A stretch of 64,000 nucleotides of DNA from Waddliaceae bacterium (lineage in GTDB: Bacteria > Chlamydiota > Chlamydiia > Chlamydiales > SLFE01): positions 128,001-192,000 of the forward strand of contig CAVYRW010000004.1 of the NCBI GenBank assembly GCA_963771045.1, given 5' to 3'. A program made the position numbers and the translations under genes. A model generated the notes under the pieces. The model was not told where the DNA came from and did not search any database. It saw only the letters and a program-made list of their open reading frames with translations. Below are positions 40,936 to 51,539 of this stretch, piece by piece. Each line of letters begins with the position of its first letter. Position 1 is the stretch's first letter.

Positions 40936-41502
40936 TTACTCGATTCTGCCTAGGGAAAAATAATCCATCCAGTCCTGGCGGGTTTCATCATCGATCTTTG
41001 GAGATTTTTCCGTATAGACAAGGGTGTGGATTCCTTTGCCGGATTTGATGAGGCGAACAAGATGGGTTTGCGCCGGAATCCGATAGTGCCCCTGCGGGAT
41101 GGACCACTCATAAACCGCTTCGTTGTCTCCGGTTTTATGGAGAGTCCAGGTGACATAGGAATGGCGGTGGGCGTCGAACACTTGGTTTTTTGTTATTTCC
41201 AAAAGTTTGGGAATGGTATGCGCGGTGTCGGAGGAAAAGGTAATGTTGATCATCTGCTCCCAGCCTCTTAAGATTTGATCGTCTGGAATGTATTCGCAAA
41301 CGGCGTAGGAATTGTCAGGGTGCGCAGACTGGTGAACGCGCTTCCACTTAACCCCTTCTTCTTTAGGAAGGTATAAAACGACGGTTTCGGGAAATCTCTC
41401 TTTTTTCCTCAGGCTGAGCTGATGCTTTTCCCAATGGGCGCTCAAAGGTGAAAGAATAAGCAGGAAAACTATAGAAGCTGTGATATATCTCATGTGAAAC
41501 AT
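40936..41502 (-). CDS. Hypothetical exported protein
   Basis: Signal peptide (..LLILSPLSA); 188 aa. Confidence 0.65.
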   Translation of the reverse strand: MFHMRYITASIVFLLILSPLSAHWEKHQLSLRKKERFPETVVLYLPKEEGVKWKRVHQSAHPDNSYAVCEYIPDDQILRGWEQMINITFSSDTAHTIPKLLEITKNQVFDAHRHSYVTWTLHKTGDNEAVYEWSIPQGHYRIPAQTHLVRLIKSGKGIHTLVYTEKSPKIDDETRQDWMDYFSLGRIE

Positions 41503-41667
41503 AATAACTCATGAGGCAATTTTTGACAAAATAAGAAAGAATTGCGGCATTGTGAGTGATGAAAGCCTTGTTTTAGCATTGGTTTATCTCTTGAGTCATC
41601 CCTAGGGGACGTCCTCAAAATCGCAGAATATAAATAAATCAATCGGCTGTGGTAAAACAAAACTTAG

Positions 41668-43752
41668 ATGATTAAACGTGTTTTGCTACAGCTATTTGTA
41701 CTTTTTCTCCTTGCCGCTTCCCTTGAGGCTCAAGAAAAAAAGGAGAAGAAATCGAACCCTTCTCCTCCGAATCCCGTTGATCTTGAAATTTCGTGGTGGA
41801 AATATTTTTCCGAAGGGGAGGACCTTCCGGATCGTATTGATCGCATGATTAACGAGCTTAAGGAATTAAAGGCGAGCCTTAAAAATCAATCCCAAGCTTT
41901 TGAGTCTACTCAAGTCGACAGGCTGATCCTTTCTTTGAAAACTTTAAAGGAAGAAGAGCAAAAGGAGGTGGAGTATCATCCGGAGCATCCTCTTTATCTA
42001 AACACCTATCATCTAACCGATTGGTTGAAAATAGCCAGAAATATCCGAAATCTGGAAAGAGCGCGCTCGCACAAAGAGTTGGAACAGAAACAAATTCAAT
42101 CCACTAAAGATTTGCTTAGGCAGGACTTAGACATTTTACAGACGAAGTATCAGGTTTTGCCGGCATCGACTGTCGATAAGCTCAAGGTTGGATTGACTAT
42201 AGTGAACAGCCGCGTCAAAATTGAACTTTTTGAGCTCAAATACAAAAGAAATCAAAAGATTTTGACCCATATTGACCAGAACCTTAAAGAACTGACAAAA
42301 GAAAAACAATTTGCCGAAGATCATCTCGATCTCACTAATCTTCAGCCTTCTGAATTAAAGGCAAAAATAGAAGAATCGCAAAAAATTGTCGACCAGGCCG
42401 AAGAGAAACTGCTCGGCGAGGAAAAGGAGCAGTTCCAAAACCCTGAAGAAGACAATAGCGTGGAAATCCTCCTTTCTAAAGTTTTGCTTCTAAAAGCTCA
42501 AATACAACTTCTTTTTCATAATGTGATCTATGCCTACGATGATGCTCTCGACCACGGAGATTCCGCGAAACCTATAGACGATAAGCTCTCGGGGTGGAGA
42601 AATGAAATCAACCGCGCTCAGGCAAAAATTGATGAGTGGCACAGCATTACAGAGACGGCAGCCGAGAAAATCAACAAAGAATACATTCCGAAGGAAGAAG
42701 CAGAGATTAAAAATGAATCTCAAAAAATGATTTTGGATAAATATGCCGCCTTGCAGCAAATTCAAGGGGCATTAAATGACATTTCCTCAGTAGCCTCCGA
42801 TATCAAAATCATTTTGAGAAAGTTCGAACAACTGACTCTTGAGAAATCAAGCTACTTTAAGCAGGTTGTTTTTGGAATTTGGCAAAGCATCAAAAATTTC
42901 TTTTTCGCAATTTCCCACTACTTTTCTTTTACCCTTTTTCGAATCAATGACTATCCCGTCACTCCCTGGGTTTTTTTAAGATCGCTTATTATTCTGATCG
43001 TTTCGATATTTTTCGCGAAAATCATTCTTCGTGAAACAAAAAGACGGCCGGGACTCAAAAAGAAAATCGGATCTGCCAACCTCTATATTATTGCCCGGCT
43101 GGTCTATTATTTGATCATAATCGCTGGCGTTGCGATAGCATTTTTCAGCATCGGTTTTGACATCACGAACTTTGTCATTATAGCAGGCGCACTGGGCGTC
43201 GGTATCGGTCTTGGCTTGCAGTCCCTTGTCAATAATTTCATTTCGGGACTCTTGATTCTTTTTGAAAAGAACATCCGTGTCGGCGATATTTTGGAGCTTG
43301 AGAACGGACACAAAGGAAGGGTCACTTCGATCAGCATACGCAGCAGCCGGATCAGGTCTTTCAACGGACTGGATATCATTGTTCCGAATTCAGAGCTGAT
43401 CAGCAAATCTGTGGTCAATTGGACGATGAAAGATCAGTATATCAGAATAGAAATTCCTTTTGGGGTTGGCTATGGATCGGATAAAAAGCAGGTGCGCGAT
43501 ATCGTTTTGGAAGCGATTAAAGGCATTCCCTATGTTATGGAGGACGGGCTCAAGTGTCCCAAGCCTCAACTTTGGCTGATAGAATTCGGGGAAAGCTCCC
43601 TGAACTTTCAACTTGTCGCCTGGGTGGATTTGAATATTACCCAGTCATATAGCAGCATGAACTCGGAATTTCTTTGGCAGATCGAAACGGCCCTGACGAA
43701 AAACGGCATTGAAATCCCTTTCCCTCAAAGAGATGTCCACATCAAAAATTAA
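41668..43752 (+). CDS. MscS-family mechanosensitive channel with periplasmic coiled-coil region
   Basis: Signal peptide; GALGVGIGLGLQ..NNFISG, RVGD, IIVPNS, IEIPFPQRDVH. Confidence 0.93.
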   Translation: MIKRVLLQLFVLFLLAASLEAQEKKEKKSNPSPPNPVDLEISWWKYFSEGEDLPDRIDRMINELKELKASLKNQSQAFESTQVDRLILSLKTLKEEEQKEVEYHPEHPLYLNTYHLTDWLKIARNIRNLERARSHKELEQKQIQSTKDLLRQDLDILQTKYQVLPASTVDKLKVGLTIVNSRVKIELFELKYKRNQKILTHIDQNLKELTKEKQFAEDHLDLTNLQPSELKAKIEESQKIVDQAEEKLLGEEKEQFQNPEEDNSVEILLSKVLLLKAQIQLLFHNVIYAYDDALDHGDSAKPIDDKLSGWRNEINRAQAKIDEWHSITETAAEKINKEYIPKEEAEIKNESQKMILDKYAALQQIQGALNDISSVASDIKIILRKFEQLTLEKSSYFKQVVFGIWQSIKNFFFAISHYFSFTLFRINDYPVTPWVFLRSLIILIVSIFFAKIILRETKRRPGLKKKIGSANLYIIARLVYYLIIIAGVAIAFFSIGFDITNFVIIAGALGVGIGLGLQSLVNNFISGLLILFEKNIRVGDILELENGHKGRVTSISIRSSRIRSFNGLDIIVPNSELISKSVVNWTMKDQYIRIEIPFGVGYGSDKKQVRDIVLEAIKGIPYVMEDGLKCPKPQLWLIEFGESSLNFQLVAWVDLNITQSYSSMNSEFLWQIETALTKNGIEIPFPQRDVHIKN

Positions 43753-45067
43753 TTTTTTTATCTTTTTTCTTGAGATAGAAAAAGAGCGGCACTCCGGTAA
43801 AGCCATATTGCTTTCGGAATTGATTGTAGAGGTATCTTTTATAGGCGCCGGTGAGAAGATCGGGATAGTTGATAAAATAGACGAATTTGGGCGGCGTTGT
43901 GTCGACTTGGGCCATGTAATAGATGCGGAGTCGTTTTCCCATAATCATCGGGGGATGATTCCGCTGCATAGCTTCGGTTAAAAATTTGTTGAGCTGGTGT
44001 GTCGAGATGCGGCGGCTGTAATTTTCATAGACCTTAGTGATCTCCTCGAAGATTTTTTCGACATTGCGTCCTGAAAGAGCGGATAAGAAAATTTTCGGAC
44101 AATGTTCAAGGAATGGAACCTCTTCACGAATGGCGCGCATGCAATGTTCCATTGGCACACCCTTGATCAGGTCCCACTTGTTAACCAAAAGGATGCATCC
44201 CTTCCCTTTTTCTTCGATCATGTTGGCGATCTTTTTGTCTTCTCTGGTAATTCCTTCTTGAGCGTCGATCATCAGCAGACAGATCTCCGACCGCTCAACC
44301 GCCCTGTTGGTTCTAATCGCGGCGAATTTGTCCACCACTTCATGCTCGGATTTTTTCCTTCTGATGCCCGCAGTATCAATGAAAGTGTAATCCTGATTCC
44401 CTTTTTTAAAGACGACATCAATACTGTCTCTTGTCGTCCCCGCAATCTCGCTGACGCAGAGCCTCTCTTCCTGCAGCAGAAAATTGACAAGCGACGACTT
44501 GCCGACATTCGGGCGGCCTACGATAGACACTTTGATTCCCATGTCGGTTTCTTCGAGGACTTGGTCTTTATCAAATGTTTCAAAAGCTGTTTCCAGAAGT
44601 TCGGCGATTTGATAGCCGTGTTCGGCCGAAACAGGAATCACTTTGTCTATGCCGAGTTCATGGAAGGGATAAATATGCTCCGCCTGATTGGGGTTGTCGA
44701 TTTTATTGACGGCAACGCAAAGAGGCTTGTTGGTTTTTTTTAACGTTTTGGCCACTTCGAGGTCAAGCGCTGTCACTCCCAGCTGAAAATCGACGACCAA
44801 CACAAGGGTGTCGGCTTCCTCGATGGCGATTTCCGCCTGCTTTTTAATGACTTCATGGAACAGCGCTTTTGATTGGGGGTCTATGCCTCCAGTATCGATC
44901 ACTTCGAATTGAAAACCGAATAATTCTGCATCTGAGTACAGTCTGTCGCGGGTGATGCCCTCTGCTTCATCGACTATGGCCAGTCTTTTGCCCGCGATAC
45001 GGTTAAACAGAGCTGATTTTCCCACATTGGGGCGACCCACAAGGGCTAATTTCGGTTTTCGAGTCAT
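43742..45067 (-). CDS. der: Ribosome biogenesis GTPase Der
   Basis: Two GRPNVGKS G-domains, DTGG/DTAG, KH-like C-terminus. Confidence 0.98.
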   Translation of the reverse strand: MTRKPKLALVGRPNVGKSALFNRIAGKRLAIVDEAEGITRDRLYSDAELFGFQFEVIDTGGIDPQSKALFHEVIKKQAEIAIEEADTLVLVVDFQLGVTALDLEVAKTLKKTNKPLCVAVNKIDNPNQAEHIYPFHELGIDKVIPVSAEHGYQIAELLETAFETFDKDQVLEETDMGIKVSIVGRPNVGKSSLVNFLLQEERLCVSEIAGTTRDSIDVVFKKGNQDYTFIDTAGIRRKKSEHEVVDKFAAIRTNRAVERSEICLLMIDAQEGITREDKKIANMIEEKGKGCILLVNKWDLIKGVPMEHCMRAIREEVPFLEHCPKIFLSALSGRNVEKIFEEITKVYENYSRRISTHQLNKFLTEAMQRNHPPMIMGKRLRIYYMAQVDTTPPKFVYFINYPDLLTGAYKRYLYNQFRKQYGFTGVPLFFYLKKKDKKINF

Positions 45068-45187
45068 GGGTGTAAACTTATTTTTTTAAAGGTTTATTAT
45101 GCAAATATTAATATTATTAAATTATTGAAATTATATGTCAATAAATGTTATAATTTTTTTCAATGTACAACATGCTAGTATGACGAT

Positions 45188-47069
45188 ATGAGTGGATTCC
45201 GTTATCAAAATATTGCCGACGATCTTTCTTTCGCCTCGATTAAAGAGGATATTAAAAAATATTCTTGGCAGAAGCTGAAGCAAGACCTGTTTGCGGGGCT
45301 GACAGTTGCTTTTATTACGGTGCCGCAGGCCATGGCTTTTGCTCTAGTTGCGGGTTTGCCTTTAAGCTGCGGTCTTTTTGCCGCTATCTATTCGGCAATC
45401 ATCGCCTCTTTGTTCGGCTCGTGCCGCCATTTGATTGTCGGCCCGAATAATACGATCGCCATTTTAATACAGTTTGCAACCGCTTCTATCCTTTATTCTC
45501 ATTTTCGCGATGTGACGGGACCCGAAAGGGATGCGATAGCTCTGCAAATTCTGACGCAGCTGACATTTTTGATCGCTATTTTTCAAGCCCTTGCAGCCTT
45601 GTTCAAATTGGGACGGCTGACGCAATATGTGAGCCACTCTGTCGTTGTCGGTTATCTGACAGGAACCGCTCTGGCTCTTGTGATCAATCAGCTTTTTATC
45701 TTTTTAGGGATTGCCTCGCCGGAAAATCCCGCTTCACTGTTTACCAAGATTGTGTACCTTGTCGAAGCATTTGCCTGAAATACATCTTCCGACGACGTTG
45801 ATCGGCTTGGGGAGTCTGATAATGCTTGTGGCCTTAAGCCGAACGAAGAAAGTTCCCGGTGCAGTGATTGTTCTTTTGATTGCAGGACTTGTCGTGCATT
45901 TTTTCGGGATGTCCACCTACTCCGATTGGGGATTCTTCTTTGACGCCGGCAAGGTGGGCAGCAATGTGATTCTTCTTGGCGATACAGGAATGCTCCAGGA
46001 TATTTTCCCCACTCTACGATTTCCTTTTCTCGACTTTTCTCTAATGAATGAACTAATTCCGATGGCTTTTGCCATCGCGCTGCTCAGTTCTGTTGAAACC
46101 AGCCTGGTCGCTAAATCGGTATCTGCCTCCACAGGACAGTCCCTTTCGGTGAATCAGGAAATTCTAGGGCTTGGCCTTGCCAACCTATTCTCTTCGATTA
46201 TCGGGGCTTTGCCGTCTTCTGGAAGCATCGCGCGCAGCAAGCTGATTTATATTAACGGCGGAAAGACCCATTTTGCCGGCGTCTTCAGCGCTTTGGCGGT
46301 GGGAGTGATTATGTTTGTCTTCGGGTATTTTGTGCAAAGGATTCCGCTGACTGCCCTTTCCGCGATTCTTCTTTTGGCCTCCACGCGGATTGTGAATTTT
46401 CAGGATTTTCTTCTCTGTTTAAAAACCACCCTTGCCGACCGCCTTGTCCTGATACTGACTGTTGTTTCGTGTCTTTTCTTCGGACTCGATGTCGCCTTTT
46501 ATGTCGGTGTAGTCCTTTCGGTGACATTTTATTTGAAGAAAGCGGCAGTTCCCTATTTTGTCGAATGCAGCTATGACGAAAGCGGGCAGATCGACTCGAC
46601 CCATCCGACAAGCAAAGGGAGAGGGGAAATACGGGTCATCAATGTTCAGGGGGAGCTTTTTTTCGGCGCCGCCGATCTCTTCCAAAATACGTTAAAGTCG
46701 ATCACGAGAAATTCCGAGGACTTAAAAGTGATCATTTTACGCCTTAAAAACGCGCGGGACATCGACGCTACGGCTTGCCTGGCGATACAGCATCTGCATC
46801 AATACCTGAAAGAGTCGGGCCGCCACCTTCTGCTTTGCGGACTCACCTATTCGACGTGGGATATTCTCTGTAAATCCGGAACCGTCAATGCTATCGGTAA
46901 AGACAATCTCTTTGTGACAGATGAACATCAGCCGAGGCTTCCTCTGCAAAAGGCTCTTATGAGGGCTAAGCGGCTCATTGCTTTAGAAGAAAAAGCTATA
47001 TCATCCAGCCAGACGGAGGGCAAGCTAAAGTCTGCCGCCAGCTCTTCCCAGAGTTTACAAGTTCAGTAA
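45188..47069 (+). CDS. SulP-family anion transporter with STAS domain; apparent frameshift near 45765
   Basis: DLFAGLTVA..VPQAMAFA, NQEILGLG, GSIARS, GELFFGAA. Confidence 0.92.
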
Positions 47070-47100
47070 AATCGGATATTGTCACTCAGTATGGATTAGT

Positions 47101-47955
47101 GTGGCTGGACTCATGTTTTTGCATCATTTAAATTCTGCAGCTATTGCAGGTAGAGCGACTATGAAAGAGCTGCAAGAGACGTCTCGGAAGCTGGAAAATG
47201 TTCGCTGCAATTCAATTAGTTGTGACCTCGACCGGATAAACAATATATCCATGCAGCTTTGTTATGAGAATATTTGCTGTCTGCAAACGAATAAGAAGTT
47301 AGCAAAGTATATTTACCGGAAAACCAGTCCGAAATATTTCCCAATTTCCCAATTATTTCAGTGCTTTTGTGTTCGGTCAGTTGCGTTTCATGAACTAATC
47401 AGGGAAGAATATTTAAGCCTTCAACAAGATCTAAGCGGTCTCATAGACCAAAATCAGTATCAGTTGGAGGAGAGCTTTATAAATTTTATCGGAACTTCTG
47501 ATTCTATCACAGATCCCATAGAATTGGGTGTTCTTTTTATTTATGGCTGTCAGAGGAAGTACAAAAGCTGCACTTTTCGGGAGACTCTGAATAACATTTA
47601 TCCAAGAATTGCCGGATTTGTCCGAGAGGGAAAGTATTCTTTGAAGATGGTAAGACATATCGCCTATGCCAGCCGAAGATTTTTTCCTCGCCAAGACTGG
47701 CAGGTTGAAGTTCAGGTTGGACTGACAACCTTTTATTGTCACCATCTTCTTCTCGAGCATCAATGCAGCTTTTTTCGGGGGAAGACCGATGAGAGGCGTT
47801 ACTTTCATTTTTCGGATCTCGATCCTCGGGCTTTTCGATTAATTAATGAGTTCACTGAATATAATCGCATGGCCGACTTTAACGCAGTAGAGAAAAAAGA
47901 GCTTTCATCTTGCTTAAGAAAGCTTGAGTTTTTGCCCCCCCATGGCGAAAGGTAA
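47101..47955 (+). CDS. Hypothetical protein with C-terminal BTB/POZ-like domain
   Basis: VQVGLTTFYCHHLLLEHQCSFF..FSDLDPRAFRLINEFTEY fits the BTB pattern; start uncertain. Confidence 0.6.
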   Translation: MAGLMFLHHLNSAAIAGRATMKELQETSRKLENVRCNSISCDLDRINNISMQLCYENICCLQTNKKLAKYIYRKTSPKYFPISQLFQCFCVRSVAFHELIREEYLSLQQDLSGLIDQNQYQLEESFINFIGTSDSITDPIELGVLFIYGCQRKYKSCTFRETLNNIYPRIAGFVREGKYSLKMVRHIAYASRRFFPRQDWQVEVQVGLTTFYCHHLLLEHQCSFFRGKTDERRYFHFSDLDPRAFRLINEFTEYNRMADFNAVEKKELSSCLRKLEFLPPHGER

Positions 47956-47995
47956 AGCCTTACAATTGTGGAAGCTCGCAGCACTCTCTTGCAGC

Positions 47996-48099
47996 TATTA
48001 GCGTCTGCTGTCGCTAATACGGGTATGTCAACACTGAGGTGGTAGCGTCGGTTTCGACTGACAGTTACAAGCTCCTTCCTTTAGGAAGGTGCAGTTGAC
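47996..48099 (+). mobile_element. Orphan IS200/IS605-type right end (omegaRNA-like remnant), no tnpA/tnpB adjacent
   Basis: GTTACAAGC-TCCTTCC-TTTA-GGAAGG-TGCAGTTGAC end, upstream complementary GTCAAC (48027-48032), two further hairpins. Confidence 0.6.
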
Positions 48100-48226
48100 A
48101 GATAGAGTAATATTATCTTGGTAATTAAATCAAGTTCAAATCATTGTGTGTAAGAGCAATACAGAAATAAGGTGAAAATTGCTCTTAGGCCACAGTAATT
48201 CCCGTTAAAATTTTAAGTACACTGCT

Positions 48227-49057
48227 TTAGCTTAAGATTAAGAGAAACTTTTCAGTAAAAAGTGAAGGATGTTCAGATAAGGTTCGACAATGAAGCGGAT
48301 GAGTCGACTGGTTTTGAGATCCGGCCCGTTTGGCCTGTCCGTGTTTTGGAGGCACTGCCAGGCTGAAGGGTTTTGATGATATCTTTGGATTAAATCGCCC
48401 TGAAAAGAGAGCGGCCAACTCTTTTGTCTGGCATTGAGAAAATCATACGGGGTTTTGGGGCTCAGGTATGGGAACGGGTTTTGCAAGGTTGACAGCAACA
48501 GGAGGGGACAAGCGGCGCCTGATTCCTTTGAAGATAGGGGCGCACTGGTCGTAAATCATCCCTTCCCCCCTTTCGTCGATGTTGGTGAAATATCCCGGTG
48601 AGTTTATGAGATAATGTTCTGCAGCGGAAGCTCTTTTGCGGTTGAAACGGCGGTCGTGGAGGATCCAAACGGTTTGAAACCCTTCGCTTAAATAATCTCG
48701 GTTTCTTCGGGCGATTTCTTCGGCGGTAATGGGAGAGCATTGAACTTCAAAGACCAGGCGTTTCGGCAGCCAGGCAATATCGGCGATGCGGCTTATCGCA
48801 GCAAAGCGGCACTCAAGGACAGCTTCGCCGGCGGGAAGTAGTTCGCTGAGCTTTTGCTGTATGCGAAGGTGGACGACGCTTTTTCCGCTTTGCCGGCACC
48901 GTCGATTGTGGGAAAGATGGAAGAAGTGGGGTTGGCGGCGGGATCCCGCCCTCACTCTTAAGGGAGACCGGCATTCGGGGCAAAAATAGGTTTTTCCTTT
49001 GGCGGCCAGCGCGGCAATGACGACCTGCTCATGGGAATCTAAGGCATAAAGCTGCAT
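48227..49057 (-). CDS. Competence CoiA-like nuclease family protein; C-terminus frameshifted
   Basis: YFCPEC..LRVRAG..PHFFH, H..Q, RIADI, FEVQCSPI. Confidence 0.82.
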
Positions 49058-49461
49058 TACATCATGTATTTTTCCAGGATGTCGCCCAGGATCTTAGGCA
49101 CGGGAATTTTTTTTCGAGTGGGGTTGTCTAAGGTGACGTGCACTGTTTTGCCTGTTCCGGTCAGCGTGCCGTCTGTTTTGAATATTTGATAAGCCATAGT
49201 AAACGAGGTGGTTCCGATGTGCGAGACATGCACTTTGATCTCAAGCTCGTCGCCGACTCTTAAGGGAGACATATAGTCCGATTCAGCATGAACAATGACA
49301 AAAACGAAGTTCTCTTTATTGAAGAGGGTGTCGAAATCCAGACCTTCTGCGGCCATCAGATCTTCCCAAGCATCATGTATAAAGCGGAATTGCCGGGGAA
49401 AATAAAGAATCCCCGCCATATCGGTATCGTGCATCCGAACTTTGTTTTTTGCTGTGAACAT
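49057..49461 (-). CDS. Acyl-CoA thioesterase (4HBT/hotdog fold)
   Basis: VRMHDTDMAGILYF, VHAESDYMSPLRVGD. Confidence 0.9.
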   Translation of the reverse strand: MFTAKNKVRMHDTDMAGILYFPRQFRFIHDAWEDLMAAEGLDFDTLFNKENFVFVIVHAESDYMSPLRVGDELEIKVHVSHIGTTSFTMAYQIFKTDGTLTGTGKTVHVTLDNPTRKKIPVPKILGDILEKYMM

Positions 49462-49520
49462 AGATTTAATTTAATGAATCGACGTTTAAAAGAAAAGCCG
49501 TTTTCAGTATCACTAAGGCG

Positions 49521-50594
49521 ATGGAGACTCTTCAATACTTAAGCGAAGACGGCGAGCTTGCCGCAGGCTATGTTCCCGAGACGAGTGAGGAGGCGATTGT
49601 GCGTGCCTATAAGGCGATGAGGCTCTCGCGCCATATTGATAAGAAAATGATCACGCTTCAAAGGCAGGGAAGAATCACATTCGCTATGAGTTCTTTAGGA
49701 GAGGAGTGCTGCTCGGTAGCCGCCGCGGCGGCTTTGGATCTTGGCGACTGGATTTATCCGCAATACAGAGAAAACGGGGCTCTTTTCTACAGAGGGTTTT
49801 CAGCAGTGGATTATGTCCACCATATGTTTGGCAATGAAAAGGACTTAAGCAAGGGAAGGCAAATGCCCAACCACTTCGGCTGCCGCAAGCTGAATGTGGT
49901 GACCGTTTCGTCTCCTATCGGGACAAAAATTCCCCATGCTGCAGGCTGCGCCTATGCGATGAAACTACAGAAGGATCCCCATCTGGCCCTGGTTTTTTTT
50001 GGCGAGGGGGCCGCGTCCGAGGGCGATTTTCATGCCGGTGTCAATTTCGCCGCAGTGCTTGAGGCGCCGGCCATCTTTTTTTGCCGCAACAATCAATACG
50101 CCATCTCCACAAAGGCGGCCGGCCAGTATCATTCCGACGGTATCGCTCCCAAGGGAGAGGGGTATGGCATTGCAGCCTATCGGATTGACGGCAACGATTT
50201 TTTCGCAGTCTACGATACCGTCAAAAAATCCCGAAAGCGCTGCCTTGAGGGGAAAGGGCCGGTTCTGATCGAGGCGATGACCTATCGAAGGGGCGCTCAC
50301 TCGACCTCGGACGATCCGTCCCGCTACCGCCCGAAAGAAGAAGTTCTTGAGTGGGAAAAAAAAGATCCGGTGCTGAGGCTTAAGCGGTATATGGAAAAAG
50401 AGAAGCTTTGGAATGAAGATCAGGAGAAAGAGCTCCTCCAGCAGATTGAAAGCGATGTGAGAGAAGCTGTCGAAACTGCGGAAAAAACACCCCGCCCCCC
50501 ATTAATTTCCCTTGTTGAAGATGTTTACGATGAAGTCCCCAAATCTTTAATGGAACAATACGAAGATGCCTGTCAACATCATACAAGCTCTTAA
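49521..50594 (+). CDS. 2-oxoacid (branched-chain type) dehydrogenase E1 alpha
   Basis: KGRQMPNH, TPP motif GEGAASEGDFHAGVN, HSTSDDPSRYR. Confidence 0.92.
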   Translation: METLQYLSEDGELAAGYVPETSEEAIVRAYKAMRLSRHIDKKMITLQRQGRITFAMSSLGEECCSVAAAAALDLGDWIYPQYRENGALFYRGFSAVDYVHHMFGNEKDLSKGRQMPNHFGCRKLNVVTVSSPIGTKIPHAAGCAYAMKLQKDPHLALVFFGEGAASEGDFHAGVNFAAVLEAPAIFFCRNNQYAISTKAAGQYHSDGIAPKGEGYGIAAYRIDGNDFFAVYDTVKKSRKRCLEGKGPVLIEAMTYRRGAHSTSDDPSRYRPKEEVLEWEKKDPVLRLKRYMEKEKLWNEDQEKELLQQIESDVREAVETAEKTPRPPLISLVEDVYDEVPKSLMEQYEDACQHHTSS

Positions 50595-51537
50595 CAAGAC
50601 TCTGCACGAGCAATTTGAAAAAAATGATCAGTTGCTCGCCTTTGGAGAGGACTGCGGCTTTTTCGGAGGAGTTTTTCGTGTCACTGAAGGGTTGCAGGAA
50701 AAATTCGGGAAAGAGAGGTGTTTTGATACGCCGTTAAGCGAACAGGGGATCGTAGGATTTGCGATCGGCGTCGCTCAAAAGGGGCTCAAGCCCATATGCG
50801 AGATTCAATTTGCCGATTACATTTTTCCCGCCTATGACCAGATTGTCAATGAGCTGGCTAAGATGCGTTATCGAACGGGGGGGCAGTACACCGCTCCTGT
50901 GATCATCCGCGCCCCTTGCGGCGGCGGGATTCACGGCGGCCACTATCATTCGCAGTCGCCGGAAGCTCAGTTTCTCCATACCCCCGGCCTGAATGTCGTG
51001 GCGGTTTCGTCTCCCTACGACGCGAAGGGTTTGCTGATCAGCGCCATCCGTTCGGGCGATCCCGTCCTCTTTCTGGAACCGAAACGGATTTATCGCGCCG
51101 TCAAAGAAGAAATACCCGAGGGCGATTATGAAATCCCCTTCGGAAAAGCCGACATCGCCCGCGAGGGAACCGACATCACCTTAATCGGATGGGGAGCCCA
51201 GCATCATCAAAATCTTCAAGCGGCAGATGAACTTGCCGAAGAAGGCATCCGGGTGGAAGTTCTCAACTTGAGATCCTTAAACCCCCTGGATATTGAGGCT
51301 GTCAAAGCTTCGGCGCAAAAAACCCAGCGGGTTGTCGTGGCTCATGAGGCGCCGAAAACACAAGGGTTCGGGGCGGAAATTTCCGCCCTTGTGATGGAAA
51401 CCTGTTTTTTATATCTTAAAGCTCCTGTGAAGAGGTGCTGCGGGCTCGATACCCCCTTCCCCCACACTTTGGAGTCTGAATATCTGCCCGATGCCGCCAG
51501 AGTGAAAAGGGCGGTGGTGGAAACAATGGAATTTTAA
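50566..51537 (+). CDS. 2-oxoacid (branched-chain type) dehydrogenase E1 beta
   Basis: GGVFR, DTPLSEQGI, EIQFADY, GGHYHSQSPE. Confidence 0.93.
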   Translation: MPVNIIQALNKTLHEQFEKNDQLLAFGEDCGFFGGVFRVTEGLQEKFGKERCFDTPLSEQGIVGFAIGVAQKGLKPICEIQFADYIFPAYDQIVNELAKMRYRTGGQYTAPVIIRAPCGGGIHGGHYHSQSPEAQFLHTPGLNVVAVSSPYDAKGLLISAIRSGDPVLFLEPKRIYRAVKEEIPEGDYEIPFGKADIAREGTDITLIGWGAQHHQNLQAADELAEEGIRVEVLNLRSLNPLDIEAVKASAQKTQRVVVAHEAPKTQGFGAEISALVMETCFLYLKAPVKRCCGLDTPFPHTLESEYLPDAARVKRAVVETMEF

Positions 51538-51539
51538 AC

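Noticed and set aside
47996..48099. Possible tRNA (GGTTTCGAC) or complete IscB/TnpB locus
   Set aside because: No acceptor stem or cloverleaf, and no RuvC/HNH nuclease ORF adjacent.
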